NCBI GenBank assembly: GCA_036447015.1 | Contig: JAZFUB010000432.1 | Location: 1-27,185 of the forward strand | Direction: 5' to 3' | Length of the DNA stretch: 27,185 nucleotides | From: Thermoguttaceae bacterium | GTDB taxonomy: Bacteria; Planctomycetota; Planctomycetia; Pirellulales; Thermoguttaceae | Shown here: one piece after another, positions 7,116 through 13,955 of the stretch | How positions within the stretch are numbered: position 1 is the stretch's first letter | How the letters are laid out: every line of letters starts with the position of its first letter | Notes under the pieces: model-generated | The model's input: the letters and a program-made list of their open reading frames with translations, nothing else | The model's database searches: none | Told to the model about the DNA's origin: nothing | Program-made: the position numbers and the translations under genes

Positions 7116-8501
7116 ATGAAGGCCAGTGAGAAAACGGAGAAGGATCGGCTGTACCTCGGCATCGACGTCGGCGGCACCAAGGTGCAGGCCTCGCTGATCG
7201 AGGAATCGGGCGGTACGGTCGGTCGCAAGCGGTGTCCCACGCCGCGCGAAGGCGGGCCGGAACAGACGCTCGAAGCGATCGACACGGCCATCTCCGAGGT
7301 GCTCGAAGAAGCCGAGGTTCGTGTGAAAGATCTGACGGCCATCGGCATCGCCATCCCCGGCGTGGTCGACCCCGATTCGGCCCGGGTCGTCGTCACCCCG
7401 AACATGAATCTCACGGGTGTGGCCATCGGCTCGCATCTGGAAAGCCGGTACGACGTGCCCGTGGCGATCGGAAACGACTGCAACCTGGGCACGCTTGGCG
7501 AGAAATGGCTCGGCTCGGCCCGCGACGCCGACACCGTGGTCGGAATCCTGGTGGGGACCGGTATCGGCGGCGGATACGTCCACAAGGGAAGACTTTGGCG
7601 CGGGGCTCGCGAATCGGCCGGCGAGATCGGACACATCGTCATGCAGATCGACGGCCCGAAGTGCGGCTGCGGCAACTACGGCTGCCTGGAGGCGTTGGCC
7701 AGCCGGACGGCAATCGAACGCGACCTTCGCGAGGCGATCGCGGCCGGAAGAGACAGCGTGTTGCCCGCCTTCGCCGAAGACGATCTGAAAGTGATCCGCA
7801 GCGGCATGCTTCGTCGGGCCCTGTTGGCCGGCGACGAGTTGGTCGCCGAAGTGATGCGCCGCGCGTCGGAGATCATCGGCCATGCCTGTCTGACGGTCCG
7901 CCACCTGATCGATCCCGAGGTGATCGTGCTCGGCGGCGGCGTGATCGAAGCGAACAGCGAGTTCATGATGCCGATCATCGAGAACGTGGTCGGATCGGAC
8001 CAACTGCCCGGTGCCCGAGACGGAGGTCGCGTACTGCTGTCGGCCTTGGGCGACGACGCCGTGGTGCTTGGGGCCGTGGCATTGGCCAGAAAGCAAGTCG
8101 GCCGCAGCCCGTTCAAAAAGCGATTTGCCGTGAGGCCGAAGTATCCGCAGGTCATCCGCCCCAAGTTCGGCGAGGTGACCATCGGACGGAAGACCTATGG
8201 CCACGACATCTACATTCCCGTGAGCGGAAAGATCAAGAAACGCGACAAGACGCTGGCCCGACAGCTCTACGGCAGTTCACACACGATCGGTCCCAAGGAA
8301 CTCGAAAAGGTCTGCCGGGGCGGCCCGGAAGTGCTTTTCATCGCGGCCGGACACTCGGGCCAGGTGACGCTGAACGAGGAGGCCCAGCGGTTTCTCGACC
8401 AACGGGCAATCAAGTGCGAGGTCCTGCCGACCCCCGAAGCCGTCGAGACCTACAACAACTCGAAGCGGCGCAAGGCGGCGCTGATCCACGTGACGTGTTG
8501 A
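7116..8501 (+). CDS. ROK-family sugar kinase with C-terminal Mth938-like (AAMDC/DUF498) domain
   Basis: LGIDVGGTK, IGIAIPG, IGNDCN, VGTGIGGG, AGEIGH, CGCGNYGCLE. There is no N-terminal HTH. The C-terminal ~120 aa (FGEVTIGRKTYGHDIYI...PEVLFIAAGHSG...LPTPEAVETYN...AALIHVTC) has the Mth938 signature. Confidence 0.9.
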   Translation: MKASEKTEKDRLYLGIDVGGTKVQASLIEESGGTVGRKRCPTPREGGPEQTLEAIDTAISEVLEEAEVRVKDLTAIGIAIPGVVDPDSARVVVTPNMNLTGVAIGSHLESRYDVPVAIGNDCNLGTLGEKWLGSARDADTVVGILVGTGIGGGYVHKGRLWRGARESAGEIGHIVMQIDGPKCGCGNYGCLEALASRTAIERDLREAIAAGRDSVLPAFAEDDLKVIRSGMLRRALLAGDELVAEVMRRASEIIGHACLTVRHLIDPEVIVLGGGVIEANSEFMMPIIENVVGSDQLPGARDGGRVLLSALGDDAVVLGAVALARKQVGRSPFKKRFAVRPKYPQVIRPKFGEVTIGRKTYGHDIYIPVSGKIKKRDKTLARQLYGSSHTIGPKELEKVCRGGPEVLFIAAGHSGQVTLNEEAQRFLDQRAIKCEVLPTPEAVETYNNSKRRKAALIHVTC

Positions 8502-8505
8502 TACC

Positions 8506-8590
8506 CCCCCGTTTAGCAGTCACCGGCACGGCGACTTGATGCTGGCACACTTTCGGCCAAGTCGCCGTGCCGGCGACAGCTAAACGGGGG
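8506..8590. repeat. Inverted-repeat element, family D (CGTTTAGC-tagged), copy 1
   Basis: cccccgtttagcagtcaccggcacggcgactt ... aagtcgccgtgccggcgacagctaaacggggg; near-identical to 17374-17458. Confidence 0.92.
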
Positions 8591-8612
8591 ACATTGTAAC
8601 CGGGAGCTTCCC

Positions 8613-9122
8613 ATGAATTGCCCTTCGTGTGCCGCCCAACTCGTGCGAACAACCTACGAGGGACTGCCCGTCTTCCGTTGCGACGAATGCTCCGGATATC
8701 TGTTGGGGCGAAAACGGGTCGACGGCATCAAACGATCGCGAGGCAAGTCGGTCGAACAGCTCAAGGAAGAGACGCTCGGCGAGAGTCAGGAAGACACGAA
8801 AACGCTTGTCCGCTGTCCGCGCTGTCGCATGAAGATGAAGAAGGACCTCCTCCCAGAGCCGGTCTCTCTGCACGTCGATCGGTGTGGGCAGTGCGACCTG
8901 ATCTGGCTCGACGGCGGCGAACTGGCCCGCGTGCAACTGGGCCACGAGATGACGCCCCAAGGTCGCGACGCGGCCGAGATGCAACGCCGCCACAAGGAAA
9001 TGGATCCCGAGCGTCGCCGGGAGTTCGAGGAAAACCTCGCCAAGCTGCCGGAGAGGGAGAGCCTCGTGCTGGGAGCATTGAAAGAGGCACTGACGACCCG
9101 CCGCAGACGTGGTTGGAGATGA
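8613..9122 (+). CDS. Double Zn-ribbon (zf-TFIIB-like) protein
   Basis: MNCPSC...FRCDECSG and RCPRC...DRCGQCDLIWLDGGEL: two CxxC...CxxC ribbons with the typical G/I-W-L-D-x-G-E-L tail. GGAG RBS upstream. Confidence 0.85.
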   Translation: MNCPSCAAQLVRTTYEGLPVFRCDECSGYLLGRKRVDGIKRSRGKSVEQLKEETLGESQEDTKTLVRCPRCRMKMKKDLLPEPVSLHVDRCGQCDLIWLDGGELARVQLGHEMTPQGRDAAEMQRRHKEMDPERRREFEENLAKLPERESLVLGALKEALTTRRRRGWR

Positions 9123-9123
9123 G

Positions 9124-9654
9124 ATGGCCAATCGCGACAACCATTATGAGGCGGCTTTCGAGCAATACCTCCGTGATCGGGGTGTGCCCTATGTGGCGGT
9201 CGACGAGGCCAAGCGAAGCGTGCTCGGCGACGGGCGCTCGATCAAGAGTCTCGATTTCATCGTCTCATCGCCCGGCCCGACGACCTGGCTGGCCGACATC
9301 AAGGGACGGCGGTTTCCCAGCGGCGACGGGAAGAACCTCCAGTACTGGAAGAACTGGTCGCCGAGAGACGACTTGCGGGGGCTGGCACAATGGGAGGAGC
9401 TTTTCGGGGCCGGCTTCTGCGGACTGCTCGTCTTTGCCTACGATGTGCTGGGAGATCGGGCTCCGTTGCCGGTCGAGCAACTCTTCGAGCATCGGGGCCG
9501 TCTCTACGGATTCGTGGCCGTTCGCTTGTCGGACTACGCGGCCCATGCCCGAGACATTTCGCCCAAATGGGACACGCTGGCGATGCCCACGGCCGACTTT
9601 CGCCGATTGGCAGTTCCCATGGAGGAACTGCTGGAATTCGAAGAGAACGAGTAG
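9124..9654 (+). CDS. HYExAFE family protein (PD-(D/E)xK-like)
   Basis: MANRDNHYEAAFEQYLRDRGVPYVAVDEAKR...IKSLDFIV...ADIKGRRFP...WKNW...DDLRGLAQWEELFG. It starts 1 nt after the upstream TGA. Confidence 0.9.
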   Translation: MANRDNHYEAAFEQYLRDRGVPYVAVDEAKRSVLGDGRSIKSLDFIVSSPGPTTWLADIKGRRFPSGDGKNLQYWKNWSPRDDLRGLAQWEELFGAGFCGLLVFAYDVLGDRAPLPVEQLFEHRGRLYGFVAVRLSDYAAHARDISPKWDTLAMPTADFRRLAVPMEELLEFEENE

Positions 9655-9673
9655 GGTCGCTGCTTGCACCCAC
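9651..9673 (+). repeat. Single REP arm, family C; supplies the HYExAFE stop codon
   Basis: GTAGGGTCGCTGCTTGCACCCAC, similar to the right arm of the 21962-22033 doublet (GCAGGGTGTGTGCTTGCACGCAC). Confidence 0.65.
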
Positions 9674-9696
9674 ACAGAAAGGCCTGCAGCGAGACT

Positions 9697-9739
9697 GTTC
9701 AGTAAACCTCGTCAGCGACGGCTTTACGGGGTTTTGAAC
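9697..9739. terminator. Imperfect hairpin after the HYExAFE gene (possible terminator or small repeat element)
   Basis: gttcagtaaacctcgt ... acggggttttgaac pair with a 2-nt bulge and one G-U. Confidence 0.35.
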
Positions 9740-10001
9740 TACGATATGGCAAACTCGGACACCCTGGACACAAGTTGCGTACTAGAAAGGGATTGCGCCG
9801 TCTGCATCGCAAAACGAAGGTTTGCTCGGACTGCCATGTGGCTTGAGTGTTCGCGACCAGCCATTGGCGAATGCGTTCGGCGATCTGGCTCGCCGTAGCT
9901 TCTGGCACCTTCGCTGAGTAGTCGCCGTCCCGGCGGGTCCAGTTTCGTCGGCCCACACACGCAGCCGGACGAATTCGATGCGTTGTGTTTGTGCGGATAA
10001 A

Positions 10002-10010
10002 TGGTAGAAT
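10002..10010 (+). promoter_or_regulatory. Putative extended -10 promoter for the HEAT gene
   Basis: TG-N-TAGAAT ~55 nt upstream of ATG 10065, which has GGAG 7 nt upstream. Confidence 0.45.
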
Positions 10011-10064
10011 GTGCCGTGCCAATTGGACCGTACTAGCACAGGTTCTGTAACTGGGAGACGAGTC

Positions 10065-11576
10065 ATGGAGATTCTTTCTTGCATCCCCGATTCTTCGAGA
10101 CATGAGCGAGTCTTGTTGGTGCTTCTCGCCGTGCTCTCCGTGTCTGCGGTGAGGCAGTCGTGTGCTGCCGACTTTCCCGCATGGGTTCGCAATCTCGACG
10201 ATGCGAAGGCCCAAGCCAAGAGCGCTGGCAAGGATTTGTTGGTCTCCTTCACTAGTCACGGACGCCCATCGGCCGACAATTCACAATCCAACGAAAGTTT
10301 AGGTTCTGACAAGAGTGCCGATGCCACTTCATTTCGGCTTCCCACCGCCGCGATAGAGCAGAGCCATCGTTTGGCCGCGGCAGAGCTGAGCAAACCTAAG
10401 AAACGTCCTGCGGGATTGGAAGACCTTGAATCACCACAGGCTGTCCAACGGGCCGTCGAACAGGCCATGCGAGACCTGGCGAAGGTGTCGCAGTCAGAAC
10501 GCAAGTGGATTTCCGATCCGAGGACTCGGCTTCGGTATCTCGGCGATCAAGCATTCGACGCGCTGGTCGACGGCATTCGCAGCGACAATCGAGTTGTCGC
10601 CGTGCAGTCGTGCGCGCTTCTTTCGTCGCACGGCGAATCGGCGGTGCCACAATTGATCAGCGTGCTTGGAACGCACACCGATAAAGGCGTCCGTGCGGCG
10701 GCGGCCCGCGCGCTCGGTCAAACGTATCATCCGGACGCGTTTCAGCCACTGATTGATGTGCTCAAAGACGAGAGCCAGTCTGTCCGCATTGAGGCTTCCA
10801 GGGCATTGGGTTACTTTCGCGATGCCCGCGCGATCGCGTCGCTCAGCATGCGAGTTGGGGATCCGAATGGGCACATCGCGCGGAACTCGATTCAAGAGAT
10901 TCGCCAGCCGTTGACAGAAGGACCGGCTTATTGGCCGCCCCAGTTGTTGAAGCTTCGCAAGCTCACGGTGGATGCGAAAACATTGAAGGGTGAACAGTTC
11001 GGTCAGCCGGAGATCGATGTCTTGGTGGAACACCTGCAATCGGAGTACTGGGGTGTACGGATCCAATGCCTGCACGCGTTGGCAGCCATGAATGCCAGGC
11101 AGAGCATTCCGCAAATAATCGCCAGCAGACACTGCGACTCCCGCGCCCACGTGCTCGCGCAGATGCCGACACCCGCAGCCGTTGATGCGATTGTCAAGGA
11201 TCTTGGTTCGGGTGACAAGAGCGTCAAGCGAGTAGCTTTGGCTGGAATCGCCGGCGGTGGCGGACGCTGGGCGGCTCCGCTCTTGATCGCCATGCTGGAC
11301 GACGAATCATTGAAACGAGCCGCGAGAGAAGACGAACCGGGATTGCGCAGAAGCGTGACCTGGCCGGAATCGCACAGGGCCCACACGGCGCTCTGTGGCT
11401 ACTTTTGGGAACACGGTCTGCCTGGCGAATCACGCAATCTTGCTAGTGGCGAGACAAACGACGTCGCCGCGGAAATCGTCTCGCTGCGCAAGTGGTGGAA
11501 GCAACACGGCAAGGACTTCCTCGCAGGCAAGCATGTCCCCAATCCCAAACTAACGTTTGTATATTTCGGCACTTAG
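10065..11576 (+). CDS. HEAT/PBS-lyase repeat protein with probable signal peptide
   Basis: Repeats LISVLGTHTDKGVRAAAARALGQ, LIDVLKDESQSVRIEASRALG, LQSEYWGVRIQCLHALA, LGSGDKSVKRVALAGI. Hydrophobic N-terminus VLLVLLAVLSVSAVRQSCAA. By eye it has more A/T-ending codons than its neighbours. Confidence 0.8.
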   Translation: MEILSCIPDSSRHERVLLVLLAVLSVSAVRQSCAADFPAWVRNLDDAKAQAKSAGKDLLVSFTSHGRPSADNSQSNESLGSDKSADATSFRLPTAAIEQSHRLAAAELSKPKKRPAGLEDLESPQAVQRAVEQAMRDLAKVSQSERKWISDPRTRLRYLGDQAFDALVDGIRSDNRVVAVQSCALLSSHGESAVPQLISVLGTHTDKGVRAAAARALGQTYHPDAFQPLIDVLKDESQSVRIEASRALGYFRDARAIASLSMRVGDPNGHIARNSIQEIRQPLTEGPAYWPPQLLKLRKLTVDAKTLKGEQFGQPEIDVLVEHLQSEYWGVRIQCLHALAAMNARQSIPQIIASRHCDSRAHVLAQMPTPAAVDAIVKDLGSGDKSVKRVALAGIAGGGGRWAAPLLIAMLDDESLKRAAREDEPGLRRSVTWPESHRAHTALCGYFWEHGLPGESRNLASGETNDVAAEIVSLRKWWKQHGKDFLAGKHVPNPKLTFVYFGT

Positions 11577-12041
11577 ATCCCTGATAACGTAGCGTTAACG
11601 ACACGGGAGTCAGACTATGAAGGTGCGGTGCAACGAATCGTCTTCGCTACGGCTGCAGCGAAGCTACTCCGTACACGGAGTGGTAATGCCTGCTGATGCT
11701 GGCTAAGTTCGCCTCGGCCCACACCTCTCAGCTTTGTCATTTGTGCAGGGCGCGGTACGCTCGTAGAAATTCCCAGGCTTGCCTCTGCATTCGCTCTGCG
11801 ATTTTGCCTTGCACTGTCCAGTCGTTGATGGAGCTTCCCACGCCGGGTTCGCTCAATCGGTTCCCCGCGGCCAATTTTCCCGTTTTCTCATACGTTTTGC
11901 GGAATGCGTCACAAAACCACCGTATGACGGAACACTTGTGCGAGACAGCGGCGGCGGTGAGCCACCGGCTCCGGAGAATGCTTCTTGCTTCGCGTCTGCT
12001 GCACTGATGCTGAAGGCGGCTTCGACAGTCAAGCGAGACGC

Positions 12042-12064
12042 GGGGGTGCAAACACCCACCCTAC
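12042..12064 (-). repeat. Single REP arm, family C (minus strand)
   Basis: The reverse complement reads GTAGGGTGGGTGTTTGCACCCCC(GCGTC): 19/23 identical to the 9651 arm and 22/28 identical to the left arm of the 21962 doublet. Confidence 0.7.
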
Positions 12065-12085
12065 TCGTCCTGAATTGCCGGGGAT

Positions 12086-12114
12086 TTGCAGAGCCACGCC
12101 GCTTGGCGTATAAT
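12086..12114 (+). promoter_or_regulatory. Putative sigma70-type promoter
   Basis: TTGCAG-17 nt-TATAAT, 26 nt upstream of ATG 12140. Confidence 0.6.
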
Positions 12115-12139
12115 AAAGGTTTGGTACACAGGAAGCTGT

Positions 12140-12400
12140 ATGATGAACGACCTTCGAGCGATCTGCCGAACACTCCGAATCCTGGCCCTGGCGACCGTCT
12201 GCTGGTTGGCCGTGCATGGGACGGTCCTGGCTCAGGCCGAGGGGGCGGGAGAGGACAAAGGGAGCTGGGTGTTGTCCTACTTCTTGGTCCTTCTGATCAT
12301 CGGGTTGGGAATGTTGGTCGTCTGCCGCTCCAGCCGGCGTCGGGATCGCGCCAAGCCCGAGACGTACTCCGGCTCGAAAGGCGCCGATGAGTCCGTCTAG
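12140..12400 (+). CDS. Small exported/membrane protein (86 aa), hypothetical
   Basis: Signal-like RILALATVCWLAVHGTVLA-QAE, then the TM segment WVLSYFLVLLIIGLGMLVVC and a basic RSSRRRDR motif. It has its own promoter and an AGGAAG RBS. Its stop overlaps the convergent aminotransferase stop by 4 bp (ctag). Confidence 0.75.
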   Translation: MMNDLRAICRTLRILALATVCWLAVHGTVLAQAEGAGEDKGSWVLSYFLVLLIIGLGMLVVCRSSRRRDRAKPETYSGSKGADESV

Positions 12401-13635
12401 TCGTCGGTAGCCTTCTTTTCCATCGCCGGGTGTCGCAGGAATATCGGTCCCGGCAAGGAGTGCCCGCCGGTTCCCTTCTGCATGAAGGCACCGATTCGAT
12501 CAACGACCCTTGCCTGTTCGTCCTCGGTGAGTTCGGGAAAGATGGGCAGTGCAAGCACTTCCTCCGAGGCTCGAAGCGTCTCGGGCAGCGCGTCTTCTGC
12601 GTACTGAAGATGTCGGAAGCATTCCTGCTGGTGCAGCCCCAGCGGATAGTAGATTTCGCTGCCAACGTGGGCCTCGGCCAAGAAGGCTCGTAGCGCATCG
12701 CGCCGGCCGTCGGGGATGCGAACGACATACTGGTTCCATACGTGTCGCATCTGCGGCCCGGCTTGCGGCAGCTTGATCTCGCGATCGAGCCCGGCCGCGG
12801 CGAACATCTCGGTATACCGCTGTGCGTTCGCTTGGCGCAAGGTCGTATAGCGGTCCAGGTGCGGCAGCTTGACGTTGAGCACGGCCGCCTGGAAGGAGTC
12901 GAGCCGGCTATTGATTCCCACGACGCCGTGGTAGTAGCGCGGTCGCATCCCATGCCCGCGCAACAGCCGCAACCGATCGGCCAGTTCGTCGCAGTTGGTC
13001 GTCAGCATGCCGCCGTCGCCCGCACCGCCGAGGTTCTTCGTCGGATAGAAACTCAGGCAGCCGATCTGCCCGAGCGACCCGGCCCGACGTCCGTCCCACT
13101 CGGCACCGATCGCCTGGGCGGCGTCTTCGATGATCGGAATTCCGGTCGCCTTGGAAATGCCGTGCAACGCATCCATCCGGGCACATTGGCCGAAAAGATG
13201 GACCGGAATGATCGCCTGGACGGCCGGGCTGAGCGATCGCTCGACGGCCGCCGGATCGATGTTGAACGTCTCCGGGTCGATATCGGCGAAGATCGGCGTG
13301 GCTCCCAACCGGGTCACCGCACTGGCCGTGGCGAAGAACGTGAAACTGGGGAGAATCACTTCATCGCCGGGACCGATCTCGTAGGCCATCAGCGCCAACA
13401 GCAGGGCATCGCTGCCCGAGGCACATCCCACCGCGTGGGCCGTCTGACAGTAGGCGGCCACGTTCTTCTCCAACTCCGTGACCTCGGGACCCAGCACGAA
13501 GGCGCCGCTGTCGTACACCCGGGCCAAACGGGCGGCGATCTCGTCTTTCAACTCGGCGTTCTGGCGACCCAAGTCCAACAACGGAACGGGACGCTCCGAC
13601 GTATCCCGGCCGGTCTTGTCGGTGGTGGGGTTCAC
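12397..13635 (-). CDS. DegT/DnrJ/EryC1/StrS family PLP-dependent aminotransferase
   Basis: ASGSDALLLAL, SFTFFATA, IIEDAAQAIG, SFYPTKNLGGAGDGG (PLP Lys), GINSRLDSFQAA. GTG start with GGAGGA RBS. Confidence 0.95.
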   Translation of the reverse strand: MNPTTDKTGRDTSERPVPLLDLGRQNAELKDEIAARLARVYDSGAFVLGPEVTELEKNVAAYCQTAHAVGCASGSDALLLALMAYEIGPGDEVILPSFTFFATASAVTRLGATPIFADIDPETFNIDPAAVERSLSPAVQAIIPVHLFGQCARMDALHGISKATGIPIIEDAAQAIGAEWDGRRAGSLGQIGCLSFYPTKNLGGAGDGGMLTTNCDELADRLRLLRGHGMRPRYYHGVVGINSRLDSFQAAVLNVKLPHLDRYTTLRQANAQRYTEMFAAAGLDREIKLPQAGPQMRHVWNQYVVRIPDGRRDALRAFLAEAHVGSEIYYPLGLHQQECFRHLQYAEDALPETLRASEEVLALPIFPELTEDEQARVVDRIGAFMQKGTGGHSLPGPIFLRHPAMEKKATDD

Positions 13636-13698
13636 GGCAAGGTCCTCCTCCGTGTTCCTTCTGGTGAGCGACTAAACGTTACAGCGCAAGCGTGTCTA

Positions 13699-13720
13699 GT
13701 GGCCGGGCAAGCCCGGCCGC
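13699..13720. repeat. GC-rich hairpin in the aminotransferase 5' leader (single REP-like unit)
   Basis: gtggccgggc-aa-gcccggccgc followed by caaacg. On the minus strand it begins CGTTTGGC, resembling the family D tag. Confidence 0.5.
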
Positions 13721-13747
13721 CAAACGACGATGGCGCAGCGAACCATA

Positions 13748-13776
13748 AGATTAGGCCCTTGCGGCAAACGAGTCAA
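13748..13776 (-). promoter_or_regulatory. Putative sigma70-type promoter for the aminotransferase
   Basis: Minus strand: TTGACT (13776-13771)-17 nt-TAATCT (13753-13748). Confidence 0.55.
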
Positions 13777-13955
13777 GATCGACCGGCAGACTCGGCGAGT
13801 TGGCCGCAGCCGGTGGGCTTGTTTGGCCCTTGTGCATCGTGAGGGTGTTGCGGGATGGCCCCTTGCCATCGGCCGGTTCAACGTGGACAATGGGGTTCGG
13901 CCGTGGTTCCGGCCGTGGTTCCGTTCGGCAGCCCTCTTTACCGTCCCCTTGCTCG

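Noticed and set aside
9900-9965. VGRRNW on the minus strand, resembling the IS66 transposase GRKNWLF motif
   Set aside because: The flanking residues do not match (no LF/AGS and no upstream ERALR), and there are no IS66 terminal repeats; a six-residue resemblance is insufficient.
9940-11620. Integron gene-cassette (attC) interpretation of the HEAT gene: gataac just after the stop, gtt-containing motif upstream
   Set aside because: I find no complementary R' arm or attC-like hairpin after 11583, the putative core sites do not pair, the gene has its own promoter, and there is no integrase in the window. An IntegronFinder run would settle it.
13899-13922. Two copies of ggccgtggttcc upstream of DUF58
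   Set aside because: Only two 12-bp copies in GC-rich intergenic DNA; no function can be supported.
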